Assembly: GCA_018699495.1 (NCBI GenBank)
Contig: JABIQV010000137.1
Span: 6,880-70,879, forward strand
Reading direction: 5' to 3'
From: a bacterium
GTDB lineage: Bacteria; Margulisbacteria; Marinamargulisbacteria; JABIPA01
Length of the DNA stretch: 64,000 nt
Below, one piece after another: positions 36,122 to 47,269 of this stretch (within the stretch, counting starts at the first letter, position 1; each line of letters starts with the position of its first letter). The notes under the pieces are model-generated. The model was not told the DNA's origin and did no database searches. It saw nothing but the letters and a program-made list of their open reading frames with translations. The translations under genes and the position numbers were made by a program.

Positions 36122-38034
36122 TATTTGTAACTCCTTTGTGCAAGATCAATTGCCGAGTATTCGAGTTTCTCTTTGTGAAGTTCTTGTGGTTTGTTTTCAC
36201 CTTTGTGTTCCCATGCTCCAACATAACAAAATTTATCATCTTGTCGCAGAGCTTCGCCTTCTTTGGTTTGGCTTTCTTCTCTAAAATGGCCACCGCAGCT
36301 TTCTTCTCTATGAAGAGCGTCACGCACCATTAATTCACCAAATTCTAAAAAGTCAGCAACTCGCCCAGCTTTTTCTAAGCTAGAATTAAGATTGTTACTG
36401 TCACCAGGAACCTTTAGGTTTTTCCAAAATTCTTCTCTTATTTTTGGAATTTTTTCTAATGCTTCTTTTAGACCTTCTGCGTTTCTAGACATTCCACATT
36501 TGTCCCAAAGTAACATTCCCAATTCTCTATGAAAATCATCAGCAGTTCGTTTTCCATTAATATTCAATAAAGTATTCACTCTATTAATTACGTCTTGTTC
36601 TGCTTGTTTGAATTCAGATTGGTCAGAGTTACAAGATCCAGGCGTTTCGTCCGCTAAAAAGTTTCCGATAGTATAAGGAATGACAAAATACCCATCTGCT
36701 AATCCTTGCATAAGCGCACTAGCACCTAGTCTATTTGCACCATGGTCAGAAAAGTTAGCTTCACCAAGTACGAACAGTCCAGGGATATTGCTTTCCAAAT
36801 TATAATCGACCCAAAGACCACCCATTGTGTAATGAATTGCGGGGTAAATACTCATAGGGGATGTGTATGGGTCGCTTCCGGTAATTCGCTCATACATTTC
36901 AAATAAGTTTCCGTATCGAGCACGAATTGTATTTTCTCCAAGTCTATCAATCGCGGCAGCGAAGTCTAAATAAACAGCGAGTCCAGTTGGACCAACTCCT
37001 TTTCCATCGTCGCAAGCATATTTTGCATTTCTGGATGCCAAATCACGTGGAACTAAGTTTCCAAAGCTTGGGTATTTTCGTTCTAGGTAATAATCTCGTT
37101 CATTCTCTGGAATGTCTTTAGGATCTCGTGTATCACCCTTTTTTTTCGGAACCCAAACTCTACCATCATTTCGTAAGCTTTCACTCATCAGGGTAAGTTT
37201 AGATTGGTGGTCTCCGTGAACTGGGATACATGTTGGATGAATCTGTGTGTAACAAGGGTTCGCAAAGTAAGCTCCTTTTTTATGAGCTCTCCAAGCTGCC
37301 GTAACATTACATGCCATTGCATTGGTTGAAAGATAAAATGCATTTCCGTATCCACCGGTAGCAAGTATTACCGCATCGGCAGAATGGCGTTCTATTTTAC
37401 CTGTACGAAGATTTCGAACAATAATTCCTTTAGCCTTACCGTCAACAATAACAAGTTCCATCATTTCACGACTTGTGAATAATGTAACGCCGCCTTTGTT
37501 TACTTCTTTCATCATTGCTTGATACGCACCAATTAAAAGTTGCTGTCCAGTTTGACCTTTAGCGTAAAAGGTTCGAGAAACTTGAGCGCCTCCAAATGAT
37601 CGATTGTCTAATAGGCCACCATAGTCTCTTGCAAAAGGCACGCCTTGAGCAACGCATTGGTCGATAATGTTTACACTGATTTCTGATAATCGATGAACGT
37701 TCGCTTCTCTTGAACGGAAGTCTCCACCTTTTACAGTATCATAAAATAAACGATGAACACTGTCTCCATCATTACAATAATTTTTAGCGGCATTAATACC
37801 ACCTTGAGCAGCAATGCTATGAGCACGTCGTGGGCTTTCATGAAAACAAAAAGCATTTACGTTATACCCAAGTTCAGAAAGAGAAGCCGCCGCAGAACTT
37901 CCAGCAAGTCCTGTCCCAACAACAATAACCGTATATTTACGTTTATTTGCTGGGTTAACCAATTTCATATTAAATTTATGATTCGTCCATTTTTCGTTAA
38001 TAGCCCCTTCTGGAATATTTGATTTTAAATCCAT
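36121..38034 (-). CDS. sdhA: succinate dehydrogenase / fumarate reductase flavoprotein subunit
   Basis: [15 protein letters not shown] site, covalent-FAD His region ([10 protein letters not shown]), catalytic HYTMGG and RLGASAL motifs. Confidence 0.9.
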   Translation of the reverse strand: MDLKSNIPEGAINEKWTNHKFNMKLVNPANKRKYTVIVVGTGLAGSSAAASLSELGYNVNAFCFHESPRRAHSIAAQGGINAAKNYCNDGDSVHRLFYDTVKGGDFRSREANVHRLSEISVNIIDQCVAQGVPFARDYGGLLDNRSFGGAQVSRTFYAKGQTGQQLLIGAYQAMMKEVNKGGVTLFTSREMMELVIVDGKAKGIIVRNLRTGKIERHSADAVILATGGYGNAFYLSTNAMACNVTAAWRAHKKGAYFANPCYTQIHPTCIPVHGDHQSKLTLMSESLRNDGRVWVPKKKGDTRDPKDIPENERDYYLERKYPSFGNLVPRDLASRNAKYACDDGKGVGPTGLAVYLDFAAAIDRLGENTIRARYGNLFEMYERITGSDPYTSPMSIYPAIHYTMGGLWVDYNLESNIPGLFVLGEANFSDHGANRLGASALMQGLADGYFVIPYTIGNFLADETPGSCNSDQSEFKQAEQDVINRVNTLLNINGKRTADDFHRELGMLLWDKCGMSRNAEGLKEALEKIPKIREEFWKNLKVPGDSNNLNSSLEKAGRVADFLEFGELMVRDALHREESCGGHFREESQTKEGEALRQDDKFCYVGAWEHKGENKPQELHKEKLEYSAIDLAQRSYK

Positions 38035-38043
38035 AATTTCCTC

Positions 38044-38715
38044 CTACGCCGTTGGCGCAAATCCTAGATAAATTAGGATTGCAATCGCACTAAAACCAAG
38101 CATTAAACCAGTAGCTAATCCTACGCTCGTTTTTTTAATGAGATGGTTATATTTTTCGCTGAATATCCCAAATGTTTGAAAAACGCTTTGTATTGCATGC
38201 GATAAATGGCAACCTAAAGCGGCTAAACCAATACAGTAGCCGATAACTCTAAATATATTTTGAAAATAATTGTAAACAAGCCCATATAAACCTAAGTCTT
38301 CCCCCATAACGATACTCGCAGCACCATGATGATTCGTAAAACGAAAGTCGATAAGATGAAAAATAATAAATATAAGAAGAGCCGTTCCAGATATTGGCAT
38401 AATTTTGACCAAGATTTTTGTTGCAACTTCTTCTCGATATCCTTTTTTACGTGCACGCTTATTTTCGACAACAATTTTAAATGTTGTAAATAAATGAAGA
38501 AGGAAAATTCCAAGTAGGCCGAATTCAATAACATAAAGAAATGGTTTCGTAGATTGAAGGGTGTTTACCCAAGCGTTAAATACGTCTGGACCTTTGAATA
38601 AAAGAAAGTTCTCAAGCAGATGAATAACCACAAATGCACTCAACATAAGTCCAGTAAGAGCGGCTATTTGTTTTTTCCCAATTGATGACGCAAAATATTG
38701 TTTAATAGGTAACAT
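38044..38715 (-). CDS. sdhC: succinate dehydrogenase cytochrome b subunit (single-subunit, 5-TM type)
   Basis: 223 aa and 5 TM helices, with His residues positioned for bis-heme ligation (HLLENF, HLFTTF, HLIDF, HLSHAI). Directly upstream of sdhA. Confidence 0.7.
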   Translation of the reverse strand: MLPIKQYFASSIGKKQIAALTGLMLSAFVVIHLLENFLLFKGPDVFNAWVNTLQSTKPFLYVIEFGLLGIFLLHLFTTFKIVVENKRARKKGYREEVATKILVKIMPISGTALLIFIIFHLIDFRFTNHHGAASIVMGEDLGLYGLVYNYFQNIFRVIGYCIGLAALGCHLSHAIQSVFQTFGIFSEKYNHLIKKTSVGLATGLMLGFSAIAILIYLGFAPTA

Positions 38716-38728
38716 ATGAATTTCCTTT

Positions 38729-39667
38729 TTAACCTACGGTTAAAGCTAATTTATCAACAACGGTTTGAACAGCTTGAGCTGAAGACTGAAGTGATTTTTT
38801 TTCGCTTTCATTGAGGTTTAATTCAATAATTGATTCTATTCCATTTGCCCCAAGTGCAACTGGAACGCCACAGTAAAGGTTATCGATTCCATATTCGCCA
38901 TTACAAAGTGCACATACAGGAAGAATTCGTTTTGAATCCAAAACTATAGCTTCAACCATTGCTACAGCAGAAGACGAAGGAGCATAGAAAGCGCTGCCTG
39001 TTTTTAGAAATTTGACGATTTCAGCTCCACCGTGTTTTGTTCGATTATTAATTTCTTCGATTTTTTCAGCAGGTAATAATTCAGTAATAGTAATTCCATT
39101 TACAGTAGAAAATTGTGGTACGGGAACCATTGTATCTCCGTGGCCACCTAATACCATTGCTCTAACATCTTTAATAGAACAATTTAAAGCTTCAGCGATA
39201 AAACAAGCATATCGAGATGAATCCAAAACACCAGCCATTCCAAATACTTTTTTGGAAGGAAGGCCAGACTTTTGCCACGCCAAGTGAGTCATGACATCTA
39301 AAGGATTAGAAACGATAACAAATATTGCATTTGGAGAATACTTAGTCGCTTGTTCTACAACACTGCCAACTATTTTTGCATTTGTATTTAAAAGGTCATC
39401 TCTAGACATGCCAGGTTTTCGTGCTATTCCTGCTGTTACTACAAAGATGTCTGAATTTGCTGTGTCTTCGTAATTGTTTGTTCCTATGATTTTTGTGTCA
39501 AAGCCTTCTACAGCAGCAGATTGCATCATGTCTAATGCTTTTCCTTGAGGCATTCCCTCTACGATATCAATAAGAACGACATCAGCAAGTTGCTTTTCTA
39601 CGATTCGCTGAGCGGCAGTTGCCCCTACAAATCCTGCCCCTACTACTGTTACTTTATGCTTAGCCAT
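38729..39667 (-). CDS. mdh: malate dehydrogenase (LDH-like, NAD-dependent)
   Basis: [19 protein letters not shown] Rossmann fold. Substrate-specificity Arg in [13 protein letters not shown]. Catalytic His in [10 protein letters not shown]. Confidence 0.9.
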   Translation of the reverse strand: MAKHKVTVVGAGFVGATAAQRIVEKQLADVVLIDIVEGMPQGKALDMMQSAAVEGFDTKIIGTNNYEDTANSDIFVVTAGIARKPGMSRDDLLNTNAKIVGSVVEQATKYSPNAIFVIVSNPLDVMTHLAWQKSGLPSKKVFGMAGVLDSSRYACFIAEALNCSIKDVRAMVLGGHGDTMVPVPQFSTVNGITITELLPAEKIEEINNRTKHGGAEIVKFLKTGSAFYAPSSSAVAMVEAIVLDSKRILPVCALCNGEYGIDNLYCGVPVALGANGIESIIELNLNESEKKSLQSSAQAVQTVVDKLALTVG

Positions 39668-39755
39668 ATTAATGCTCCTTTAATTATATTAGATTAATTA
39701 GTTTATTTTATGAAAATTTTATGTTTAACAAGACGTCATTATAGCGAGGAATTAT

Positions 39756-39795
39756 CATATGCATAACCCCTTTAGCTAAAGGGGTTATGCATATG
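39756..39795. promoter_or_regulatory. perfect 40-bp palindrome (20-bp arms) 89-128 bp upstream of mdh; candidate operator or structured element
   Basis: catatgcataacccctttag|ctaaaggggttatgcatatg. Verified base by base as a perfect reverse complement. No flanking U-tract on either strand. Confidence 0.4.
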
Positions 39796-39812
39796 AGAGA
39801 GGATTAGGGAAA

Positions 39813-40142
39813 TTAGAGGACATTAATGGAGGAATCAATAATTCTTGCCCATTCAACCATTCCTCCAATCATATTCCTAACCTTTTTGAAGTTTTTGGAA
39901 AGAAGGAATTTAGTTGCAGCACCGCTTCGTCCACCTACTCTACAAATAACGATGTAATTACCCGTTATATCTAAAGATGATACGTTTTCTTCAATTTTGC
40001 TGAGGGGAAAAAACATCGCATTAGAAATGTGACCAAACTGGAATTCTTGTTCTTCACGAACATCGAGTAAAACGATATCAGACATTGATTCGGAGTTTAG
40101 TTGAGAAACGTCGGTACATGTGATTTCAGGTATAGGTAACAT
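39813..40142 (-). CDS. rhodanese-like single-domain sulfurtransferase
   Basis: Active-site Cys loop ICRVGGRSGAATKFL. 109 aa. Confidence 0.75.
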   Translation of the reverse strand: MLPIPEITCTDVSQLNSESMSDIVLLDVREEQEFQFGHISNAMFFPLSKIEENVSSLDITGNYIVICRVGGRSGAATKFLLSKNFKKVRNMIGGMVEWARIIDSSINVL

Positions 40143-40241
40143 TTATTCTCCCTTTACATATTTGATAGGTGGTTGATTTTTTTTAAACCATAACAACCTT
40201 TATAGTAGACAATAATCTTCTCAATTGTCTATCATGGCCGC

Positions 40242-41240
40242 ATGATTTTTTTAGTAACAGGAGCTGCAGGATTTATAGGATCTAATTTTGTAGACTATTT
40301 ATTAACTGATGAGCGTAACGACATTTTCGCAATCGATAATTTAGACGACTTTTATTCTTCAGACATTAAAAAGGAAAATTGTCGGTTGTTTCAAAATCAT
40401 CCCAGGGTTCATTTTGAGAAATTAGATATAAATGAGACGGAGGCCTTTCAACGCTCTGTTTCACGTTTTTTAAAGTGTAGAAATGCACTGTCTAAAAGAC
40501 GGATTCATATTATTCATTTCGCTGCCAGACCAGGTGTGGCTCAATCTTTTACGACACCTGATTTGACGAATAAAAGCAACGTAATAGGAACTAGATCTGT
40601 GTTACATATCGCAAAAATAATAGGGGCTAGCACCTTCATATTTGCGTCGTCGTCGTCTGTTTATGGCAAATTGGGCAGTGTCCCATTTCATGAAGACTTG
40701 AATTTGGGTGAGCCTATGTCTCCTTATGCGGCTTCGAAAGTTGAAGGAGAAATCCTTTGTAGCTCGTTTGCAATGGAAAATAAAAATTGTTCGGTCAGGG
40801 TATTACGGTTTTTTACAGTGTATGGAAATCGGCAGCGTCCAGATATGGCAATCACAAAGTTTGCACGGACAGCCATATCTAATCAACAAATTGTTCTATA
40901 CAATAACGGCAATAACTATAGAGACTTTACTCACGTGAATGACATCGTCGAGGGCATACATCTTGTCATAAAAGGGTCGATTGCCGGATTCGGTGTATTT
41001 AATATTGGGTCGGGGGGGTCTATTAAACTTGAAAAGTTGGCCAATTTGGTCGTAAATCATCTTGCAAGTAAATCTAAAGTAATAAAGCAAAAAGCCATTA
41101 AGGGGGATATGATTAGAACCCAAGCCGATATATCTAAAGTAAAAAAATTAGGATATGCCCCTAGGATTTTTATTGAAAAAGGTGTAAAAACGTTTTTAGA
41201 TGAATATTTAAGCGCAAGAGTCATAGAAGCGGAGAATTAG
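40242..41240 (+). CDS. NAD-dependent nucleotide-sugar epimerase/dehydratase (extended SDR)
   Basis: GAAGFIGSNF Rossmann fold and the catalytic YAASK (YxxxK). Confidence 0.8.
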   Translation: MIFLVTGAAGFIGSNFVDYLLTDERNDIFAIDNLDDFYSSDIKKENCRLFQNHPRVHFEKLDINETEAFQRSVSRFLKCRNALSKRRIHIIHFAARPGVAQSFTTPDLTNKSNVIGTRSVLHIAKIIGASTFIFASSSSVYGKLGSVPFHEDLNLGEPMSPYAASKVEGEILCSSFAMENKNCSVRVLRFFTVYGNRQRPDMAITKFARTAISNQQIVLYNNGNNYRDFTHVNDIVEGIHLVIKGSIAGFGVFNIGSGGSIKLEKLANLVVNHLASKSKVIKQKAIKGDMIRTQADISKVKKLGYAPRIFIEKGVKTFLDEYLSARVIEAEN

Positions 41241-41241
41241 A

Positions 41242-41799
41242 ATGAATATTATTGAAAAGGGTGCTTGTATTGGGAAAGGGACACGTATTTCCTATTTTTC
41301 TCATGTTTTAGCAAGTGCAGTAATCGGGGATGAATGCGTCTTAGGGCAAAACGTTTTTGTTGGGAATCATGTGAAGATCGGAAATAAGTGCAAAATACAA
41401 AATAATGTATCTTTGTTTGAAGGTGTTGAATTAGAAGACTATGTATTTTGTGGACCCTCTATGGTTTTTACAAACGTCATTAACCCTCGGTGTAAATTTC
41501 CTCAAAACGACGCTCGATTTTATAAGAAAACGTTGATAAAAGAAGGCGCATCGATCGGGGCAAACGCAACAATTGTTTGCGGCAATACATTAGGAATGCA
41601 TTGTTTTATTGGGTCGGGAGCAGTTGTAACAAAAGATGTTCCAGATTATGCCATGATAATAGGGGTTCCAGGACGTCAGTCAGGGTGGATGTCGGAAGGG
41701 GGAGAAAAACTTATCTTTGATAGTCGGGGTAAGGCTGTTTGCAAAAAAAGTAATACAGTTTATGAACTCACGGACGGTAGAGTTACTCGGGTCAGCTAG
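41242..41799 (+). CDS. hexapeptide-repeat sugar N-acetyltransferase (left-handed beta-helix)
   Basis: Repeated [LIV]G-x4 hexapeptides (IGDECVLGQNVFVGNHVKIGNKCKIQNNVSL). 2-nt gap after the epimerase. Confidence 0.75.
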   Translation: MNIIEKGACIGKGTRISYFSHVLASAVIGDECVLGQNVFVGNHVKIGNKCKIQNNVSLFEGVELEDYVFCGPSMVFTNVINPRCKFPQNDARFYKKTLIKEGASIGANATIVCGNTLGMHCFIGSGAVVTKDVPDYAMIIGVPGRQSGWMSEGGEKLIFDSRGKAVCKKSNTVYELTDGRVTRVS

Positions 41800-42038
41800 T
41801 TTATTTGTAAACTGGGTCGTCGCCAAAATAGTGTCAGTACTAAATGAGCCCATAAGGTAAAAAGATTGGCATGAGTTTCTATTATAAATGTCGACACGCT
41901 GGGCTGGGGGCGCTCATTCCCTGGTCTTAATTTTTCATACTTGACTAATCCAATTGAGATAATAATGTATAATTGCTGTGTGCAAACTTTTATGATATAA
42001 TTATTAAAAATTTAGAGTAGATTAATAGGTGGTTTATA

Positions 42039-44390
42039 ATGTTACGATTTTATGAAATTGCAGATACAATTGACCAAGAAGTCAATCAATTTGAAGAAGA
42101 TATTAAGGATTTTGTAGCCGGGACAATTAACCCCATTAAATTCAAAGCTATTCGGGTGGCTCACGGCATTTATGAGCAACGACAAGAGCATACGTATATG
42201 ATACGAATAAGATGTGCTGCCGGAGGAATAACTCCGGTGCAGCTTAAAAAATGTTCTGAGCTTGGTGAACAGTATGGCAGTGGCGAGGTTCATTTTACGA
42301 CACGTAGAGAAGTTCAGCTGCACAACGTATTGATTCAAGATATAGTAACTGTTATCCGGGAATTATTAACCGTAGGGTTAAGCACACGTGGTGGCGGTGG
42401 GAACACAATTAGAAATATCCTAACATCACCAAATTCAGGTGTAGATAAAGAAGATATTTTTGATGTTGATCCTTATGCAATTGAATTAACATCTCGAATG
42501 GTTAAAGAACCTGATTCATGGAATTTACCAAGAAAGTTTAAAATTGCATTTTCAAATAATTCAAAAGACACGGCCTATACGCAAGCAACTTGCTTAGGGT
42601 TTGTGGCGACTAAAAAAGAAGATCAAGACGGGTTCGAAGTGTATTGTGCGGGGGGTATGGGTGCTAAGCCAATGGTTGGGCACCTATTGATGGACTTCGT
42701 GCCAGCAGAGAAAGCCTACCAAGTGACGAAAGCGTTAAAGGTCATGTTTGATAAACATGGAAACAGACGAAGTAAATTTTCAAATCGGCTAAAATTTTTA
42801 TGGAAAAAATTACAGCGAGAAGAATTTGTGAGTTTGTTTCTTGAAGAATATAATAAGATCTCTTCAGATAAGAATCTGGATTTGAAAATTGTCGATTTAG
42901 ACAATAGACCAAAAATAGATGCCTCTGTAAAAGTGGACGCTCCAAAAGACGATAAATTTGACATTTGGAAAGAAAGATATTGTTTGGCTCAAAAACAAGA
43001 GGGGTTGTATTGTATTAAAATCCCGTTGCAGCTTGGTGATTTAGTTTCAAATGACGGACTGTCGTTAACTAAATTAGTAGAGTTGTTTGGTGAAAATACG
43101 ATTCGGTGTGATAGAGCTCAAAATATTCGGTTAAGGAATATACCTGAAGCTTATTTGGGAAATATATATAACTGTGTAAGTTCATTCGAGAGGTCTCTTG
43201 TTGAGCATGCGTCTTTTATAGGAAACATGATTAATTGCACCGGAGCTCAAACATGTAAATTAGGTATTTGTTTGCCAAGAGGATTATCTGTGGCAATTCG
43301 TGATAAATTGGTTTCGTCTAACTTGGATTTAGATAGATTAGCTGATTTCCGATTAAATATGTCTGGATGTCCAAACACATGTGGATTACATCATATTGCT
43401 GATTTAGGATTCTTTGGCAAAGTGGCTAGAAAAGAAGGTCAGATGTATCCAGCTTACTATGTTCTTGCGGGAGCACGTGTAGCCGCTGGAGAAACAAAGT
43501 ATGCTGAAAAATTAAATGAAATTGCTTCACATCATATTCCGAATTTTGTTCATGATTTTTTGCAAGCGTATTTGATTAATGCGGAAGAATACAAAAATTA
43601 TCAAGATTATTTAGAAGATGAAGGCAAAGACGTTATTAAATCATTGTGTGAAAAATATAGTAATGTTCCTTTGTTTAGTGAAGACGAATCATTTTACATA
43701 GACTTTGGAGCGACTAGAAAATTATCGTTGGACGAAATGGGATCTGCTGAGTGTTCCGCAGGAATGTTTGACATGATTGATGTAGATAGAAAAGTTATTC
43801 GAAGAGAGCTTAAGCAACTTGATGCTGGAACAGGCACTTTAGAAGAAAGCTTGTACAATATTACCTTTTCTTCAACTAGAATGCTTCTTGTAACGAGAGG
43901 TCTAGATGTAAAGAGAGACGAACAGGCTTTTCAGTCATTTGATAAACATTTTGTAGAAACAGATCTAATTTCAAAAGAGTTTAGGTCAGTCGTTCAGCTG
44001 GGAGAATTGGTAGCAAAAGGTGACTTAGACAAATCTGTTTTAACAGGTAAAAAATCTGAAATTATTGGGCTTTCTTCAGCCGTAAATGAACTTTATACAA
44101 ATATGGATGACAGTCTGAGATTTAAAAAAGAAACAGTTGTTTCCGTTGATAAAAAGGAAGAAGCTGAACTTGTCGAAAAGGATTATAGAGGCGTTGCGTG
44201 TCCGATGAATTTTGTGAAGACAAAATTAGTTTTGGAAATGATTGCATCTGGTCAAAAACTACAGATACTTTTAGACGATGGGGAACCAATTGAAAATGTT
44301 CCTAACTCTGTAAAACTTGAAGGACATAAAATTTTAGAGCAGATAAAAACACCAGATGGTCACTGGCAAGTATTAATTCAAAAAAAATAA
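42039..44390 (+). CDS. ferredoxin-type sulfite/nitrite reductase hemoprotein fused to a C-terminal TusA-like sulfur-carrier domain
   Basis: Siroheme/4Fe-4S Cys clusters NCTGAQTCKLGIC and MSGCPNTCGLHH. C-terminal YRGVACPMNFVKTKLVLEMI...LLDDGEP has the TusA CPxP motif. Confidence 0.75.
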   Translation: MLRFYEIADTIDQEVNQFEEDIKDFVAGTINPIKFKAIRVAHGIYEQRQEHTYMIRIRCAAGGITPVQLKKCSELGEQYGSGEVHFTTRREVQLHNVLIQDIVTVIRELLTVGLSTRGGGGNTIRNILTSPNSGVDKEDIFDVDPYAIELTSRMVKEPDSWNLPRKFKIAFSNNSKDTAYTQATCLGFVATKKEDQDGFEVYCAGGMGAKPMVGHLLMDFVPAEKAYQVTKALKVMFDKHGNRRSKFSNRLKFLWKKLQREEFVSLFLEEYNKISSDKNLDLKIVDLDNRPKIDASVKVDAPKDDKFDIWKERYCLAQKQEGLYCIKIPLQLGDLVSNDGLSLTKLVELFGENTIRCDRAQNIRLRNIPEAYLGNIYNCVSSFERSLVEHASFIGNMINCTGAQTCKLGICLPRGLSVAIRDKLVSSNLDLDRLADFRLNMSGCPNTCGLHHIADLGFFGKVARKEGQMYPAYYVLAGARVAAGETKYAEKLNEIASHHIPNFVHDFLQAYLINAEEYKNYQDYLEDEGKDVIKSLCEKYSNVPLFSEDESFYIDFGATRKLSLDEMGSAECSAGMFDMIDVDRKVIRRELKQLDAGTGTLEESLYNITFSSTRMLLVTRGLDVKRDEQAFQSFDKHFVETDLISKEFRSVVQLGELVAKGDLDKSVLTGKKSEIIGLSSAVNELYTNMDDSLRFKKETVVSVDKKEEAELVEKDYRGVACPMNFVKTKLVLEMIASGQKLQILLDDGEPIENVPNSVKLEGHKILEQIKTPDGHWQVLIQKK

Positions 44391-44402
44391 AAAGGAACCG
44401 AT

Positions 44403-44777
44403 ATGGACACGAAGAATCAGTATCAAGCTGAAATTAAAAATGGCAAACTAGTTAAGGAAGACGGGTCGTTTTTTAGGGCGGCTCCATTTGAAGTTCGTTC
44501 AGAAGACGCCATCTATACAGTAGAATACATTAGAGATCACGAAAAAGAAGTTGTTTATAGGGTACAAGAAGATGGTAAAACAATTGGCGAATATGGACAT
44601 CCCTTTTTTGTTCCTAATGAAGGGCCTGAAAAAGCAATCGAACAGTATTCAAATTGTTCGGCATTATTTCATGCGTTTGTTGTGTTAAATATAACAAAGC
44701 AGAAAGATTTTCGACAATATTTTGAATCTAATTCGGATTCGTTAGTATACAAAATTAGTCAAACAACGTTTCTTTAG
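44403..44777 (+). CDS. hypothetical protein, likely co-transcribed with the sulfite reductase-TusA gene
   Basis: 124 aa. 12-nt gap to the upstream gene. Followed by a strong terminator. Confidence 0.4.
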   Translation: MDTKNQYQAEIKNGKLVKEDGSFFRAAPFEVRSEDAIYTVEYIRDHEKEVVYRVQEDGKTIGEYGHPFFVPNEGPEKAIEQYSNCSALFHAFVVLNITKQKDFRQYFESNSDSLVYKISQTTFL

Positions 44778-44818
44778 GTTTTTATCTTCAGGTAACGACC
44801 TATAACAGTTGCATCACA

Positions 44819-44856
44819 TAAAAACACCCCGTCATATTGATGGGGTGTTTTTGTTG
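44819..44856 (+). terminator. rho-independent terminator
   Basis: aaaacacccc-gtcatattga-tggggtgtttttg is a GC stem followed by a T-run. Confidence 0.65.
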
Positions 44857-44882
44857 TTACCCAATCAAATTTTAGATATAAT
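44854..44882 (+). promoter_or_regulatory. sigma70-type promoter TTGTTA-17-TATAAT for aconitase
   Basis: Seen directly. The -10 lies only 8 nt before the first in-frame ATG (44890). A downstream ATG at about 44908 gives a better leader. Confidence 0.45.
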
Positions 44883-44889
44883 CTGATTT

Positions 44890-47148
44890 ATGATATTTAA
44901 TATAGATATGATAAAAAACGTTTACGCAAATTACGAAACATCTTTAGAAAGGGTAAGAAACCAATTAAATCGACCGTTAACATATGCAGAGAAAATTTTA
45001 TATTCGCACATGGAGGAATCTACATCGTATAAATCTTTAAAAAGAGGAGCGTCGTATGGTGGGTTTTTTCCAGATAGGGTAGCGATGCAGGATGCTACAG
45101 CACAGATGGCTTTACTTCAGTTTATGCAAGCTGGAAAATCGTCTACGGCTGTGCCGTCTTCCGTTCATTGTGATCATTTAATTTTAGCAAAATCAGGCGC
45201 TAAAGAAGACATTATTAGTGCAAAAGAAGTTAACAAAGAAATTTATGACTTTTTGTCCTCAGTATCGAATAAATATGGCATTGGATTCTGGAAACCAGGA
45301 TCAGGAATTATTCATCAAATCGTTTTGGAAAATTATGCATTTCCAGGCTGTATGATGGTTGGTACAGATTCACATACACCAAATGCTGGTGGAATAGGAG
45401 CTGTTGCAATTGGAGTCGGTGGCGCTGATGCTGTCGACGTTATGGTTGGTCTTCCATGGGAACTTTTATGTCCTAAATTTATTGGAGTAAAACTTACTGG
45501 TAAATTAAGTGGATGGACATCTGCTAAGGACGTCATCTTATATTTGGCTGGTAAACTGACGGTTAAAGGTGGCACTGGCGCAATTGTCGAATATTTCGGT
45601 GAAGGTGCTGAAAATATTTCGTGTACTGGAAAAGGAACAATTTGTAATATGGGTGCCGAAATTGGGGCAACGACATCTCTATTTCCATATGATGAAAGAA
45701 TGAAAGAGTATTTGATTGCAACTGATAGACAAGATGTTGTTGATGCAGCCGCTAGTGTGGAAGGGCAATTGAAAGCAGATAAAGAAGTATTGGAAAATCC
45801 TGAAAAATATTACGATCAGGTAATTGAACTCAACTTAGATGAACTTGAGCCTTATATCAATGGTCCATTTTCTCCTGATGTAGCGACCCCTATTTCTCTT
45901 ATGAAAGAAAAGGTAGAAGAAAATGGGTGGCCTGATAAGATTGAAGTTGGACTCATTGGGTCGTGTACTAATTCTTCATATGAAGATATGACACGATCTG
46001 CTTCGGTAGCTGAGGATGCGCTTTCAAAAAATATCAAATGTAAAGGTGAATTTACAGTTACACCTGGGTCAGAAATGATTCGAAGTACAATTGAGAGAGA
46101 TGGCTTGTTAGAGACGTTTCGAAATGTTGGTGGCCAAGTGTTAGCGAATGCTTGTGGACCTTGTATAGGACAGTGGGCAAGACACACGACAGACCCAACG
46201 AAAAAAAATACGATATTGACGTCTTATAATAGAAATTTTTCTAAAAGAAATGACGGAAATCCAAATACTCATGCCTTTGTAGCGTCTCCTGAAATAGTAA
46301 CAGCGCTAACGTTAGCGGGACGGCTGTCTTTTAACCCTTTAACAGATACGTTGACTTCAGGTTCTGGAGAACAAGTGAAGTTGACTGAACCAAAAGGAAT
46401 TGAGTTACCAACGAAGGGATTTACGTTTGAAGATAATGGGTTTCAGCCAGCATCAAAAAATGCTGAAGATGCTGAGGTGAAGGTTAGCCCAACGTCTGAT
46501 AGAATCCAGTTGCTAGAAGGTTTTTCTGCATGGGATGGGTCTGACATAAAAGGCTTGAAATTGCTAATTAAAGCAAAAGGAAAGTGCACAACCGACCATA
46601 TTTCAATGGCTGGACCATGGTTAAAGTATCGAGGACATTTAGACAATATTTCTAACAATTTGTTAATGGGTGCATTGAACGCATTTAATGACGAAGTGAA
46701 TTCTGTTAAAAATCAGTTAACAAATGGTTCCGGAGAAGTTTCAGCGGTTGCACGAGAGTACAAAAAAGCTGGGGTTTCTACTATAGTGGTAGGCGACGAA
46801 AACTATGGAGAAGGATCGTCTCGTGAACATGCAGCAATGGAACCTAGGCATTTAGGTGTTTCGGTTGTAATTACTAAATCGTTCGCAAGAATTCATGAGA
46901 CTAATTTAAAGAAACAAGGTGTTTTGGCACTGATCTTTTCTGACAAATCTGACTATGACAAAATTCAAGAAGATGACAGCATTGATGTTGTTGGCTTAGA
47001 AGGATTTACTCCTGAGAGTAAATTGTCCGTAACCCTTAACCACAATGATGGAACGTCTGAATCAATCGGTGTTGAGCATACGTTTAGTGCCGCTCAGATT
47101 GAGTGGTTTAAGGCAGGGTCTGCTTTGAACGAAATTAAAAATCGATAA
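44890..47148 (+). CDS. acnA: aconitate hydratase (about 750-aa mitochondrial-type AcnA)
   Basis: Fe-S ligands in [18 protein letters not shown] and [10 protein letters not shown]. Substrate-binding SRxxR region [10 protein letters not shown]. Confidence 0.9.
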   Translation: MIFNIDMIKNVYANYETSLERVRNQLNRPLTYAEKILYSHMEESTSYKSLKRGASYGGFFPDRVAMQDATAQMALLQFMQAGKSSTAVPSSVHCDHLILAKSGAKEDIISAKEVNKEIYDFLSSVSNKYGIGFWKPGSGIIHQIVLENYAFPGCMMVGTDSHTPNAGGIGAVAIGVGGADAVDVMVGLPWELLCPKFIGVKLTGKLSGWTSAKDVILYLAGKLTVKGGTGAIVEYFGEGAENISCTGKGTICNMGAEIGATTSLFPYDERMKEYLIATDRQDVVDAAASVEGQLKADKEVLENPEKYYDQVIELNLDELEPYINGPFSPDVATPISLMKEKVEENGWPDKIEVGLIGSCTNSSYEDMTRSASVAEDALSKNIKCKGEFTVTPGSEMIRSTIERDGLLETFRNVGGQVLANACGPCIGQWARHTTDPTKKNTILTSYNRNFSKRNDGNPNTHAFVASPEIVTALTLAGRLSFNPLTDTLTSGSGEQVKLTEPKGIELPTKGFTFEDNGFQPASKNAEDAEVKVSPTSDRIQLLEGFSAWDGSDIKGLKLLIKAKGKCTTDHISMAGPWLKYRGHLDNISNNLLMGALNAFNDEVNSVKNQLTNGSGEVSAVAREYKKAGVSTIVVGDENYGEGSSREHAAMEPRHLGVSVVITKSFARIHETNLKKQGVLALIFSDKSDYDKIQEDDSIDVVGLEGFTPESKLSVTLNHNDGTSESIGVEHTFSAAQIEWFKAGSALNEIKNR

Positions 47149-47180
47149 TAGAATTTTTTAGTTTTATATAGCGTTTATTT

Positions 47181-47226
47181 TAAAAAGGCCCATTTTCTTT
47201 ATGTTTTAGGGGAGTGGGCCTTTTTT
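47181..47226. terminator. bidirectional intrinsic terminator between aconitase and the convergent small gene
   Basis: aaaaaggccca...tgggcctttttt, with an A-run upstream and a T-run downstream. Confidence 0.6.
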
Positions 47227-47269
47227 GATCATTAGGAAAAAAACGATTAATAGCTATGTGGTGAGAGAC

